A stretch of 34,081 nt of DNA from Anaerolineae bacterium (lineage in GTDB: Bacteria > Chloroflexota > Anaerolineae > Aggregatilineales > Phototrophicaceae): the NCBI GenBank assembly GCA_034428275.1, contig DAOUIB010000352.1:1-34081 (forward strand), given 5' to 3'. Under the pieces are notes generated by a model, which was not told where the DNA came from, searched no databases, and was given only the letters and a program-made list of their open reading frames with translations. Positions within the stretch are counted from its first letter, which is position 1, and each line of letters opens with the position of its first letter. A program made the position numbers and the translations under genes. Shown piece by piece: positions 1-9,769 of this stretch.

Positions 1-23
1 CGGCTTGTACGGCGGAGACTGCA

Positions 24-1016
24 ATGGACATCGCAAACGGCGCCGCGCTTCCCGATCGCGACACGCTGCTGGACTGGTACCGGCAGATGGTGTTGATTCG
101 CGAATTTGAAGAGACCTGTTACGAACTTTACGAAGAGAAACGCATCACCGGCGTTTACCTGCATCTCTACAGCGGGCAGGAAGCGGTGGGCGTCGGCGCG
201 CTGGCGGCCATTGAGCCGCGCGACCACGCCATCACCTCCTATCGCGATCACGGCGTGGCGCTGGCGCGCGGCGTCGATCCTGGCCCGCTGATGGCGGAGA
301 TGATGGGCAAGCGCAGCGGCGTCAGCGGTGGCAAGGGCGGCTCGATGCATCTGGCCAGCCGCGAGCACAACTTCTGGGGCGGCTTCGCCATCGTGGGCGG
401 CCATTTGCCGCTGGCGGCCGGCATCGCGCTGGAGGCGCAATACAGCGGTCGCGACGACGTGGTGCTCTGCTTTGTCGGCGACGGCTCCTCCAACAACGGT
501 TACTTCCACGAAGCGCTCAATCTCTCCGCGGTCTGGCGCCTGCCGGTCGTCTGGTTGATCGAGAACAACCTCTACGGCATGGGCACGCACATTGACGAGG
601 CCTCCGGCCAGCCGCTGCTGCACAAACGCGCCCTGGCCTACGGCATGCGCGATGGCGGTCGCATCGACGGGCAGGACGTGGTGGCGGTGAATTGCGCCCT
701 CGACGAGGCTGTGGCCCACGCCCGCAGTGAGGGCCCCGTCCTCCTCGAGGCCCTGACCTATCGCTATCGCGGTCACGGCGTCTCGGACCGCCAGTACAAC
801 CTGCGCCTCAGGGACGAACTCGAGGAATGGAAGGCGGAGCGCGACCCGATCACGCGTTTGAGCGCCTGCCTCGAAGAGGCGCATCCGGACAGCCGGCCGG
901 CCATGAGCGCGCTGGAGCAGGCGGCGCGCGACCAGGTGCTGGCCGCCGTGAAATTCGCCGAGGAGAGCCCGGCGCCCGACGCCGACGACCTCGTCCGCAA
1001 CGTCTACGTGGAGTAG
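24..1016 (+). CDS. pdhA: 2-oxoacid (pyruvate/acetoin-type) dehydrogenase E1 component, alpha subunit, TPP-dependent
   Basis: 330-aa ORF with the TPP-binding signature GDGSSNNGYFHEALN...ENNLYGMGT and YRYRGHGVSD, typical of heterotetrameric E1 alpha. E1 beta and E2 follow directly. An acetoin or branched-chain specificity cannot be excluded from sequence alone. Confidence 0.9.
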   Translation: MDIANGAALPDRDTLLDWYRQMVLIREFEETCYELYEEKRITGVYLHLYSGQEAVGVGALAAIEPRDHAITSYRDHGVALARGVDPGPLMAEMMGKRSGVSGGKGGSMHLASREHNFWGGFAIVGGHLPLAAGIALEAQYSGRDDVVLCFVGDGSSNNGYFHEALNLSAVWRLPVVWLIENNLYGMGTHIDEASGQPLLHKRALAYGMRDGGRIDGQDVVAVNCALDEAVAHARSEGPVLLEALTYRYRGHGVSDRQYNLRLRDELEEWKAERDPITRLSACLEEAHPDSRPAMSALEQAARDQVLAAVKFAEESPAPDADDLVRNVYVE

Positions 1017-1020
1017 GCCC

Positions 1021-2001
1021 ATGGCAGCCAGAAACCAGCCGATGCGCGAGGCCTTGCGCAAGGCCCTGCGCGAGGAAATGCTGCGCGACGAGCGCGTCTT
1101 CGTCATGGGCGAGGAAGTGGGCAAGTGGCAGGGCACGCATCGCATTACGCGCGGCCTTTACGAGGAATTCGGCGCCCGCCGGGTGCGCGACACGCCGATC
1201 TCCGAGATGGCCATCTGCGGCGCGGCGGTCGGCGCCGCCATGGCCGGCTTGCGCCCGGTGGCGGAGATGATGACCATCAACTTCGCCTTTCTGGCGCTGG
1301 ACGCCATCGTCAACCACGCCGCCAAGATCCGCTACATGTTCGACGGCCAGTTCAGCGTTCCGCTGGTGTTCCGTGCGGCCAGCGGCTGGGGCGACCAGGC
1401 CACGGCCTCGCATTCCCACGCGCCGGAGCCGATCTTCGCGCACTTCCCGGGTCTTTACGTCGCTGCGCCGGCCACGCCGGGCGACGCCTATGGCATGCTC
1501 AAGACCGCCATCCGCGACGAGAACCCGGTGCTCTTCAGCGAGAGCATCGCCCTGTACCCCAAACCCGGCCCGGTGCCGGACGACGAGGACTACCTGCTGC
1601 CGGTGGGGAAGGGCGCGATTCGCCGCGAAGGCGCGGACGTCACCCTGGTCGCCTGGGCGCGGGGCGTGGAGTGGTCGCTGCAGGCGGCGCGGCAACTGGA
1701 GCGCGAGGGCGTTGACTGCGAGGTGGTCGACATGCGCTGGCTGCGGCCGCTGGACATGGGCCTGGTCTACGAGAGCTTCCGCAAGACCAATCGCTGCGTG
1801 ATCGTCGAGGAATCGCTGCCCATGTACAGCTTCGGCAGCGAAATCGCCGCGGGCATTCAGGAAGACATGTTCGATTACATGGACGCGCCGGTCAAACGCG
1901 TGTCGGCCATGGACCTGCCCCTGCCTTACGCGCGCGATATTGAATTGATGGCCCTGCCGGACGCCGACAAGGTGGTGGCGGCCGTGAAGGAGATCGTCTG
2001 A
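1021..2001 (+). CDS. pdhB: 2-oxoacid dehydrogenase E1 component, beta subunit (transketolase-like)
   Basis: 326-aa ORF 4 nt after E1 alpha. Motifs EEVGKWQGTHRITRGL, RVRDTPISEMAICGAAVGAAMAGLRPV and a C-terminal transketolase-C-like region (DVTLVAW...VVDMRWLRPLD). Confidence 0.9.
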   Translation: MAARNQPMREALRKALREEMLRDERVFVMGEEVGKWQGTHRITRGLYEEFGARRVRDTPISEMAICGAAVGAAMAGLRPVAEMMTINFAFLALDAIVNHAAKIRYMFDGQFSVPLVFRAASGWGDQATASHSHAPEPIFAHFPGLYVAAPATPGDAYGMLKTAIRDENPVLFSESIALYPKPGPVPDDEDYLLPVGKGAIRREGADVTLVAWARGVEWSLQAARQLEREGVDCEVVDMRWLRPLDMGLVYESFRKTNRCVIVEESLPMYSFGSEIAAGIQEDMFDYMDAPVKRVSAMDLPLPYARDIELMALPDADKVVAAVKEIV

Positions 2002-3239
2002 TGGCCGTGGATATCACCGCCACCGTGGATGGCACGCTGCTCAACTGGTTGAAGGACGTGGGCGACAGCGTGAGCGATGGCGAGGTCATCGCCGAAATGG
2101 ACGCCGACAAGGCCACCCTGGAAATCGAGGCGCCGGCCGCCGGCGTGTTGCTGGCGCGCAGCGCCGAGGTGGGCGACAGCATCCGCGAGGGCGACGTGCT
2201 CGGTCAGCTGGGTGGGGCGGACGAGGCCGGCGCCGGCAATGGCGCGTCAGGGTCCGCGGAAGAAGCGCCCGCTGCGGCCAACGGGGCGGCCGTTGAAACG
2301 CCGACCGAAGCCGAAGAGGAGTTGCCGGAGGGTCGCGCGCGCGTGTCGCCGATCGCCCGGCGGCTGGCGCGCGAGCGGGGCATCGACCTCGCGCAGGTGA
2401 AGGGCAGCGGGCCGGGCGGTCGCGTCGTGCGCGCCGACATTGAGAACTACCGTGAAGAAGCGGCGAAACCGGCCCCGGCCGCGGCGACGCCGCCGGCCGC
2501 GCCCGGCAGGACGCCACCGCCCGCTGGCGAGGACGTGGAACACGTCAAACCCGACAGCATGCGGCGGCGCATCGCGGCTACGACGATCGAGAGTCAGCAG
2601 ACCATCCCGCACTTCTACATCACGATGGACATCGACGCCGGGCCGCTGCAGGCCTTCCGGCGCCAGTTGAATGAGGCCCTGGAAGAAAGCGGGACGCGCG
2701 TCACGGTCAACGACCTGGTGGTGCGGGCCGCAGCCCTGACCCTGCGCGATTTCCCCAATCTGAATTCGCACTGGTACGGCGACCGCATCGTGCGTTACCG
2801 GCGCATCAACGTCGGCATCGCGGTGGCGCTGCCCGCCGGCGGCCTGATGTACGTGGTGGCCCGGGACGCCGACAGCGTGCCGCTGGACGAACTGGCGGCG
2901 AACAACCGCGCCATGGCCCTGCGCGCGCGTGAGGGCCGCGTCAAGCTCAGCGACCTGATGGGAGCGACCTTCTCGACCAGCAACCTGGGCGCCTGGGGCG
3001 TCTCCCATTTCGCCGCGGTCATCAACCCGCCGGAAGCCGGCGTGCTGGCCTTCGGCGCGGCGCAGAAGGTGCCGGTGGTGGGGGAGGACGGCCAGTTGCG
3101 CGCCGGCGAGCGCATGAGCGCGACGATCAGCATCGACCACCGCGTCAGCGACGGCGCCGAGGGCGCGGCCTTCATGCAGCGCTTCCGCGAATTGCTGGAA
3201 AAACCGCTGGCCCTGCTGGGCTGGCCGGGAAGTTCCTGA
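2001..3239 (+). CDS. pdhC: dihydrolipoamide acyltransferase (E2): one lipoyl domain, a subunit-binding domain and a catalytic domain
   Basis: The ATG overlaps the E1 beta stop (TGATG). Lipoyl-lysine context EMDADKATLEIEAPAAG, an Ala/Pro/Glu-rich linker, PSBD SPIARRLARERGIDLAQVKGSGPGGRV, and the catalytic motif SIDHRVSDGAEGAAF (DHRxxDG). Confidence 0.9.
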   Translation: MAVDITATVDGTLLNWLKDVGDSVSDGEVIAEMDADKATLEIEAPAAGVLLARSAEVGDSIREGDVLGQLGGADEAGAGNGASGSAEEAPAAANGAAVETPTEAEEELPEGRARVSPIARRLARERGIDLAQVKGSGPGGRVVRADIENYREEAAKPAPAAATPPAAPGRTPPPAGEDVEHVKPDSMRRRIAATTIESQQTIPHFYITMDIDAGPLQAFRRQLNEALEESGTRVTVNDLVVRAAALTLRDFPNLNSHWYGDRIVRYRRINVGIAVALPAGGLMYVVARDADSVPLDELAANNRAMALRAREGRVKLSDLMGATFSTSNLGAWGVSHFAAVINPPEAGVLAFGAAQKVPVVGEDGQLRAGERMSATISIDHRVSDGAEGAAFMQRFRELLEKPLALLGWPGSS

Positions 3240-3251
3240 GGCCGCCCCACA

Positions 3252-4190
3252 TTGGCTTTCTCGCACGGCGAACTGCTGGACGCCCTCGACTCCGTCAACA
3301 GCATCCCGCTGATTCCCTTCGACGGCGGCCGCATCGATTGCGAGGGCCACGCGCGTAACGTCGATTACCTGATGGCCAACAATCACCTGTCCGACGGGCG
3401 GGCGCGGGTCATTGGCCTGGCGGGCACCAGCCTGGTGCACCACGTCCGGCCGGAGGAGCATCTGCGTCTGGTGGACGTGACGGGCCGGCAGATGGGCGCC
3501 GGGGGCCTGTTGCTGGCCGCGCTGGTGCCCAACCCCCTGGCGCAGGCCGGCGACTTCGTCGATCGCCTGATGGAATTGCCGCGGCCGCCCGACGTCTTCC
3601 TGATCATGCCGCTGACCGGCACCTTCAGCCCCGAGGGACTCTACGGGCAGTTGCTGGAGTTCACGGCCCGTTACGGCGAGCGCCACGGGGCGCGCTTCCT
3701 TTATTACTATCGCAGCGCGCGCGACCGCGACGCGATCCTGCGCCTGCTGAAGGACTCGCCGCACGTGGTGGGCGTCAAGATCGGCAGTGACTTGGGGGAC
3801 GTGCCGGCATTCGTCGAGAGCGTGGGCCCAGAGCGCATCGTCATCTGGGGCGTGGGCGACCGCTCGACGGCGGCGGCGGAGCTGGGCGCGCGCGGCCATA
3901 CCTCCGGCATCAACATCGTCTTCGCGCGCGCCTCGGACGCCATCAACAACGCGCAGCGCCGTGGCGATTACGCGGCGGCGCGCGAAATCGAGGCGCTCAT
4001 CGACCCGCTGGAGCAGCTGCGCTTCGTCAAGGGCCGCGCCTGGAACTATGCCGCGGTGGCCGAGGCGATCCGCCTGGGGGGCTTCGGCGACGTGGTCGCC
4101 GGGTGTGGCGCGCCCTTCAACCCCCGCGTACCCTCCGAAATCTCCGCGCAGATCGGGCGCATCGTGGCCGACCTGCGCGCCTGGCACTAG
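3252..4190 (+). CDS. divergent DapA/N-acetylneuraminate-lyase-family (class I aldolase) protein
   Basis: 312-aa ORF 12 nt after E2. N-terminal IPLIPF strand and VVGVKIGS resemble the Schiff-base lysine strand of DHDPS/NAL-family TIM barrels, but the usual YN(V/I)P tyrosine motif is not obvious. The TTG start has no clear RBS, so the start is uncertain. Confidence 0.55.
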   Translation: MAFSHGELLDALDSVNSIPLIPFDGGRIDCEGHARNVDYLMANNHLSDGRARVIGLAGTSLVHHVRPEEHLRLVDVTGRQMGAGGLLLAALVPNPLAQAGDFVDRLMELPRPPDVFLIMPLTGTFSPEGLYGQLLEFTARYGERHGARFLYYYRSARDRDAILRLLKDSPHVVGVKIGSDLGDVPAFVESVGPERIVIWGVGDRSTAAAELGARGHTSGINIVFARASDAINNAQRRGDYAAAREIEALIDPLEQLRFVKGRAWNYAAVAEAIRLGGFGDVVAGCGAPFNPRVPSEISAQIGRIVADLRAWH

Positions 4191-4246
4191 AATTCAGGGT
4201 CCTGTGGCAATGGTCTCACCGGCGTCGCAAACTGAATTGAGCAAGT

Positions 4247-5215
4247 ATGGCCGCCGCTCCGGCTGAGAGACGCAGCGGGCTGACCCTGCTGCGCTCGCTC
4301 TGGCCGGCCTGGCTCGACGTGTTTGCCTGGGTCGGTCGCATCTCCGAGACGCGTTACTGGGCCTGGCTGATGCTGCTGCCGGGCTTTTTGCTCATCTCGG
4401 TGGTCATTTTCTACCCCGTCATCTCCGGCATCTGGCTCAGCCTGCACGAATACAACCTGCTGCGGCCCGCGCGCGGCCAACCTTTCGTCGGCCTGCAGCA
4501 ATTCATCGATCTGCTGGACGACGAGAAGTTCTGGCTGTCGCTGCGCAACACGGCCTACTTCGGCATCTTCAACGTGCTCAACCCCTTCCTGCTGGGCCTG
4601 ATCATCGCCCTGGCGCTGAAGCGGGCGGTGCGCGGCGCCGGCCTGGTGCGCACGCTGATCCTGATGCCCTGGTTCATGCCTTCGGTCGTCGCCGGCCACA
4701 TGTGGGCGCTGCTGCTCGATTCGCGCCTGGGCGTGATCAACGACATCCTGGTGAAGCTGGGCCTGCTGGAGAGTTACTGGCCCTGGTTCGCGCGTACGGA
4801 GACGGCCATGCCGGCCATCCTGCTGGTGGGCCTGTGGCGCGGTTTCCCCTTCTTCGCCCTGCTGCTGCTGGCCGGCCTGCAGTCGATCTCGCAGGAGATG
4901 TACGAGGCGGCGGCGGTGGACGGCGCCAACGCGCTGTCGCGCTTCCGCCACATCACCATCCCGCTGCTGCTGCCGGTCATCGTGGTGGCCATCACCCTGC
5001 GCACCATCGCGGTGGTCAATTCGCCGGACCTGATGATCATCCTCACCGGCGGCGGGCCCGGCCTGGCGACGCACGTGCTCTCCTTCTACGCCTTCCAGAC
5101 GGCCTACGCCGCCTTCGATTTCGGTTACGCTGCCGCGCTTTCGGTGGTCATGCTGGGCATCCTGATCTTCTTCACACTGATCTATCTGCGCGTCGCCGGG
5201 GTCGACAGGGACTGA
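4247..5215 (+). CDS. carbohydrate (CUT1-type) ABC transporter permease, MalF/UgpA-like
   Basis: 322-aa polytopic protein with an EAA loop: EMYEAAAVDGANALSRFRHITIPLLLPV. Confidence 0.85.
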   Translation: MAAAPAERRSGLTLLRSLWPAWLDVFAWVGRISETRYWAWLMLLPGFLLISVVIFYPVISGIWLSLHEYNLLRPARGQPFVGLQQFIDLLDDEKFWLSLRNTAYFGIFNVLNPFLLGLIIALALKRAVRGAGLVRTLILMPWFMPSVVAGHMWALLLDSRLGVINDILVKLGLLESYWPWFARTETAMPAILLVGLWRGFPFFALLLLAGLQSISQEMYEAAAVDGANALSRFRHITIPLLLPVIVVAITLRTIAVVNSPDLMIILTGGGPGLATHVLSFYAFQTAYAAFDFGYAAALSVVMLGILIFFTLIYLRVAGVDRD

Positions 5216-5216
5216 C

Positions 5217-6065
5217 ATGCAACTCTCGTTTCGCGCCACCCAACGCCTCTACCGCTTTTTGACGGCGGCCGTGCTGGTGTTTGCCGGCATCTTCGCGCTC
5301 TTCCCGCTGGTCTGGACCGGGCTCACCTCGCTCAAGCAGAACACCGACGTGATCACCGCCGAAATGCAGTACCTGCCGCACAACCCGACATTGCAAAACT
5401 ACGCGGAACTCTGGAGCCGCAGGTCCTTCGTCACGCTCTTCGGCAACAGCGTGGTCATCACGGTCATGACGGTCTCGCTCTGCCTGCTGGTGGGCACCTC
5501 CGCCGCCTACGCCTTCTCGCGCTACCGCTTCACCGGGCGCAACGCGGCGCTGGTCGGCTTCCTGCTGATTCGCATGTTCCCCATGGTGCTGATGCTGATC
5601 CCGCTCTTCATCATCATGCGCAACCTGAACCTGCTGAACACGCGCCTCGGGCTGGCCCTGGCCTACACCACCTTTCTCTTGCCAATCGCCACCTGGATGC
5701 TGAAGGGCTTCTTCGACGCCATTCCGCCGGACCTGGAGGACGCCGCCCGCATCGACGGCGCGACGCGGGCCGGCGCCATCGTGCGCGTCGTCTTGCCGCT
5801 GGCGGCGCCGGGCGTGGCGGCCACCGCCGTGCTGACGGCCATCGCCGCCTGGAACGAATTTCTCTTCGCGCTCATGTTCACCACCAACGAGGCCTCGCAG
5901 ACCTGGCCGGTCGGCCTGCACCTGCTGGTGGGCGAGGAATTCAACCTGCCCTGGGGGCTGCTGAGCGCGGGCGGTATCATAAGCATCCTGCCCATCATCG
6001 TGTTCTTCGTGCTGGCGCAAAAGTCGCTGGTGCGGGGCCTGATGCAGGGCGCGGTGAAGGGTTAA
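5217..6065 (+). CDS. carbohydrate (CUT1-type) ABC transporter permease, MalG/UgpE-like
   Basis: 282-aa polytopic protein starting 1 nt after the previous stop. EAA loop: DLEDAARIDGATRAGAIVRVVLPLAAPG. Confidence 0.85.
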   Translation: MQLSFRATQRLYRFLTAAVLVFAGIFALFPLVWTGLTSLKQNTDVITAEMQYLPHNPTLQNYAELWSRRSFVTLFGNSVVITVMTVSLCLLVGTSAAYAFSRYRFTGRNAALVGFLLIRMFPMVLMLIPLFIIMRNLNLLNTRLGLALAYTTFLLPIATWMLKGFFDAIPPDLEDAARIDGATRAGAIVRVVLPLAAPGVAATAVLTAIAAWNEFLFALMFTTNEASQTWPVGLHLLVGEEFNLPWGLLSAGGIISILPIIVFFVLAQKSLVRGLMQGAVKG

Positions 6066-6096
6066 CTATCGTTCGCAAGTGCATTTGGAGGAAAAG

Positions 6097-7371
6097 ATGT
6101 CGAAACTCACCCGTCGTGACTTTCTGAAGGGGAGCGCCGCTGCCGGCGCTGCGCTGGCGGGCAACGCCCTGCCCGGCGCCGCCCGTTTGCTGGCGCAGGA
6201 CAACCCCACGGTGGACTACTGGCATGGCTTCATCGCCGAGTTTGTGCACGCCGGCTTTGAGGTGGTGCTGGAGAATTTCCATCAGGCCAACCCGGACATC
6301 ACCATCAACCCCCTGACCGTGCCCAACAGCGAGTTCATGACCAAGTTCACCACCTCGGTGGTCGGCAACGCGGCGCCGGACACGACCATGGCCGCGCCCA
6401 CGCGCATCCCCGACATGGTGGCCATCGGCGGCCTGCAGGACATCTCCGGCCGCGTCGGCGAGTCGGGTCTGATGGACACGATTCCCGCGGACCGCTGGGA
6501 CGGCGCCACCATCGACGGCGCCATTTACGGCGTACCCAGCTTCATGTTCGTGGACTGGATGTACTACCGCGCGGACTGGTTTGAGGAGGCCGGGCTGGAC
6601 CCGCCCACGACCTGGGAGGCCTTCACCGAGGCGGCCATCGCCATGACCGACGCGGACAAGGGCCGCTACGGCTTCGGCATGCGCGGCGGCAACGGCGGTC
6701 AGGGCTTCGTCGTCAAGGTCATCGAGTCCTTCGGCTCGCCGATCATCGACGACATGGGCCAGCCGGCGATGGACTTCGACAAGGCGGTCGAGGCCCTGCG
6801 CTGGTACACGGACCTGCACACAGTGCACGGCGCGGTGCCGCCCAGCGTCGCCAACGACAGCTTCCGCCAGTTGATGGAAGCCTTCCAGACCGGCCAGACG
6901 GCCATGCTCTGGCACCACACCGGCTCGCTGGCCGAGATGCGCACGGTGCTGGGTGACGAAGGCACCTTCTCGACGGCCCTGCGGCCCCATGGTCCGGAAA
7001 AACAGATCGCCTCGGCGACGCCCAGTTACAATGGCATCTCGATGCCCGGCGACGGGGAAGAGGACGCCTCCTGGGAATGGATCAGCTACTGGGCGGATAT
7101 CAACACCCAGGTCGACTTCCTTGAACTGACCGGCTACTTCCCGTCCTCGTCGCTGGTGGCGGAGGACGAACGCGTGCAGTCCAATCCGCTTTACGCGGCG
7201 GCTGTGGCGACGGTGGACGAGGTGGGCCCGCCCACGCGCTTCCCCGGCGGCCCTGGCTGGGAACGCAACATAGTGCTGCCCAACTTCCAGCGCGTGCTGC
7301 TGGGCGAGATCACGGCCGGGGACGCCATCGAACTGATGATGGAAGGCCTCGAGGAGGCCGTCAGCGGCTAG
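6097..7371 (+). CDS. extracellular sugar-binding protein (family 1 SBP) with a twin-arginine signal
   Basis: ATG at 6097 is preceded by GGAGGA (6087-6092). Tat-like N-terminus MSKLTRRDFLKGSAAAGAALAG. Its length and its position after two CUT1 permeases fit an SBP. The track start at 6079 is probably too far upstream. Confidence 0.85.
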   Translation: MSKLTRRDFLKGSAAAGAALAGNALPGAARLLAQDNPTVDYWHGFIAEFVHAGFEVVLENFHQANPDITINPLTVPNSEFMTKFTTSVVGNAAPDTTMAAPTRIPDMVAIGGLQDISGRVGESGLMDTIPADRWDGATIDGAIYGVPSFMFVDWMYYRADWFEEAGLDPPTTWEAFTEAAIAMTDADKGRYGFGMRGGNGGQGFVVKVIESFGSPIIDDMGQPAMDFDKAVEALRWYTDLHTVHGAVPPSVANDSFRQLMEAFQTGQTAMLWHHTGSLAEMRTVLGDEGTFSTALRPHGPEKQIASATPSYNGISMPGDGEEDASWEWISYWADINTQVDFLELTGYFPSSSLVAEDERVQSNPLYAAAVATVDEVGPPTRFPGGPGWERNIVLPNFQRVLLGEITAGDAIELMMEGLEEAVSG

Positions 7372-7381
7372 TTTTTCACGT

Positions 7382-7420
7382 CCGGGCGGGGGTCTGACTC
7401 CCGCCCGGCGTTTTTTTGTT
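7382..7420 (+). terminator. Rho-independent terminator after the sugar ABC operon
   Basis: A perfect 9-bp GC stem, ccgggcggg (7382-7390) pairing with cccgcccgg (7400-7408), a 9-nt loop, then a T7 run (7411-7417). Confidence 0.8.
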
Positions 7421-7439
7421 TATGCGAAGGGGAGGCAAC

Positions 7440-8927
7440 ATGCCGGAAGGGTCGCGCCCCAACCTGCTTTACATTCATTCGGACCAGCACAACGCGGCGG
7501 TGACCGGCTGCTACGGCGATGCCCACGTGCACACGCCGCATCTGGACCGCCTGGCGCGGGATGGCGCGCTCTTCAGCAGCGCCTACTGCTGCTCGCCGAT
7601 CTGCGTGCCCTCGCGCATGGCCACGCTGAGCGGCCGCCACCCCTGGCAGAACGAGGTCTGGAGCAACAGCCACGTACTCAATTCCAACGTGCCCACCCTG
7701 GCACACAGCATGGGCGTCGCCGGTTACCGGCCGGCCCTGATCGGGCGCATGCACGCGGTCGGGCCGGACCAGTTGCACGGCTACAGCGAGCGCCTGGTCG
7801 GTGACCACTCGGCCAATTTCCCCGGCATTCCGATGGCCCACCGTGGCGCCTTGCAGGGCACGGCCGGCCCGGAACGAATCAGCCTGCGCAATTCCGGGGC
7901 GGGGCAGTCGGGCTATCAGGTGCACGACGAGGACGTCACGGCGGCCGCGGTGGACTGGCTCAATCGCCTGGGGGTGCGCCGCCGCGCCGGCGTGGACGAC
8001 GCGCCTTTCTCGCTCAGCGTGGGCTACATGCTGCCGCATCCGCCCTACGTGGCGCGACGGGTCGATTACGAACGATACGCCGATACGCTGCCGCCGCCGC
8101 GCAAGCCGCGCGACTACGCCGACGAGGCGCACCCTTACCTGCGGCGCTGGCGCGAGACGACGGACCTGACCGACGTCGACGCCGACGAGACGCGGCGCTC
8201 GCGGGCCGCCTACTGGGGTCTGGTGGAACGCATGGACGCCATGATCGGCGAGATTCTGGCGGCGCTGGCTGCCAACGACCTGGAACGCGACACGCTGATC
8301 GTCTACAACTCCGACCACGGCGACATGGTCGGCGAACACGGCCTGTGGTGGAAACACGTGTTTTACGAGGAGTCTGTGCGAGTGCCGTTGATCATGTCCT
8401 GGCCCGGGCGCTTCGCCGGCGGCCAGCGCTGCGAGCGGGTGGTCAGCGCGCTGGACCTGAGCGCCACCCTGCTGGACGCCATGTCCGCGCCGGCGCTGCC
8501 GGAGTCGCCGGGGCGCAGCCTGCTGCCCCTGCTACAGGGCGACGCGGCTGCCGCGGACTGGAGGGACGAGGCCTTCAGCGAATACTGCGCCGACCGCTAC
8601 GCGCCCGACGACTCGGCCTACGTACGCATGCTGCGCCAGGACGAGTGGAAGCTGGTCTATTACCATGGCTGGCCCGCGCAGCTCTTCAACCTCCGGGAAG
8701 ACCCGGACGAGCTGGTCGACCGCGCCGGGGACCCGGCCTGCCAGGGCGTTCTGGGGGAACTGCGCGCGCGCGTCCTGCAGGACTGGCGGCCGGAGCGCAT
8801 CCGGGAGCGCATGGCGGAACTGCGCGCCGATTGCGACCTGCAGGCGCAGTGGGCCGCGGCGACCCTGCCCGAGGAAAGCATCCGCTGGCATTTGCTGCCG
8901 GAGATGGAATATCTCGACGAAGATTAA
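7440..8927 (+). CDS. Cys-type sulfatase (formylglycine-dependent), choline-sulfatase-like, no signal peptide
   Basis: ATG at 7440 is preceded by GGGGAGG. Sulfatase motifs: LLYIHSDQH, the FGly signature C-V-P-S-R in SAYCCSPICVPSRMATLSGRHP, and NSDHGDMVGEHGLWWK. The C-terminal region LFNLREDPDELVD is typical of the sulfatase C-terminal domain. The N-terminus MPEGSRPNLLY has no hydrophobic leader. Confidence 0.9.
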   Translation: MPEGSRPNLLYIHSDQHNAAVTGCYGDAHVHTPHLDRLARDGALFSSAYCCSPICVPSRMATLSGRHPWQNEVWSNSHVLNSNVPTLAHSMGVAGYRPALIGRMHAVGPDQLHGYSERLVGDHSANFPGIPMAHRGALQGTAGPERISLRNSGAGQSGYQVHDEDVTAAAVDWLNRLGVRRRAGVDDAPFSLSVGYMLPHPPYVARRVDYERYADTLPPPRKPRDYADEAHPYLRRWRETTDLTDVDADETRRSRAAYWGLVERMDAMIGEILAALAANDLERDTLIVYNSDHGDMVGEHGLWWKHVFYEESVRVPLIMSWPGRFAGGQRCERVVSALDLSATLLDAMSAPALPESPGRSLLPLLQGDAAAADWRDEAFSEYCADRYAPDDSAYVRMLRQDEWKLVYYHGWPAQLFNLREDPDELVDRAGDPACQGVLGELRARVLQDWRPERIRERMAELRADCDLQAQWAAATLPEESIRWHLLPEMEYLDED

Positions 8928-9011
8928 TCCTGCGGCTATGGCGAATTGAAGCGCCGGGCGCTATAAACATTTCGTCCGGCGAGTGCCATGCCCGGAGCCT
9001 GGAGGACCTGT

Positions 9012-9722
9012 ATGCCCCTGATGATTTATGACCACGGGCGACGCGACGAGATGAAGATCGCCCTGACCTTCGACGACGGCCCCAACCCGCCGCGCACGGA
9101 CCAGATCATGCAAATCATGGAATCGCGCGGCGCGCGCGGCACCTTCTTCGTGCTGGGCAAGTGGGTCGAGCGCTGGCCGGAAGCCTTCATGCGCATCGTC
9201 AATGGCGGGCACACGGAGGCCAACCACAGTCACCTGCATCACGCGCACGTCGGCGATTTCGACCACGCCGAAGCCGTGCTCTCCAATCTGACGGGGCGCC
9301 CGACGCGGCACCTGCGCGCGCACTACTTCAACTACTTCACCTGCCTCACCTCGCCGCTGGCCATGTCGGACCGCATCCAGGTCGTCGATTCAGACGTCAA
9401 CCCGGCAGACTGGGACAAGACCGACCCGCAGGACATCATCGATGGCATCCTGGGGCATCCCTCGCTGGGCCCGGGTTCGATCATCGACCTGCACGACAGT
9501 TCCGAGACGGAGGACGACGGCCTGCGCCTGGCGCGGCCGCTGCCGCTGGTCGACGCGATGCCGAAGATCGTCGACGAGTTGCAGGCGCAGGGCTATGAAC
9601 TGGTCGGCCTGGACGACATGACCCTGGTCGACCCGGTCGTGTGGCAGCCGGACGAGCGCGGCATGTACGCCTCGCCGGAGATTCAGGCCGAGATTCGCGC
9701 CCTGGGCAGCGCGTCGGATTGA
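9012..9722 (+). CDS. polysaccharide/carbohydrate deacetylase (NodB homology domain, CE4-like), no signal peptide
   Basis: ATG at 9012 is preceded by GGAGGA (9001-9006). NodB motif 1 ALTFDDGP and motif 2 NHSHLHH (H-S-x-x-H), plus GTFFVLG. Confidence 0.8.
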   Translation: MPLMIYDHGRRDEMKIALTFDDGPNPPRTDQIMQIMESRGARGTFFVLGKWVERWPEAFMRIVNGGHTEANHSHLHHAHVGDFDHAEAVLSNLTGRPTRHLRAHYFNYFTCLTSPLAMSDRIQVVDSDVNPADWDKTDPQDIIDGILGHPSLGPGSIIDLHDSSETEDDGLRLARPLPLVDAMPKIVDELQAQGYELVGLDDMTLVDPVVWQPDERGMYASPEIQAEIRALGSASD

Positions 9723-9769
9723 CGACGCGGGCAGCCCGGGATTTCGTATGGGGTAAGGAGGGAAGTACC

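Noticed and set aside
2247-4187. 646-aa minus-strand ORF, the longest in the track. Similar long antisense ORFs: 850..1695-, 5172..6020-, 5995..6990-, 7368..8357-, 10559..11554-, 13201..14277-, 20010..20867-, 28275..29117+, 29235..30638+, 31188..32648+ and 31372..32844-.
   Set aside because: These are shadow ORFs typical of high-GC DNA. They lie antisense or out of frame to genes with unmistakable family motifs. Their translations are Arg/Ala/Gly/Pro-rich low-complexity sequence with no recognisable domains.
4247-7371. The sugar ABC importer lacks its own ATPase gene, which might suggest a degenerate system.
   Set aside because: CUT1-family sugar importers commonly use a shared, unlinked MsiK/MalK-type ATPase. 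The permeases and the SBP look intact.
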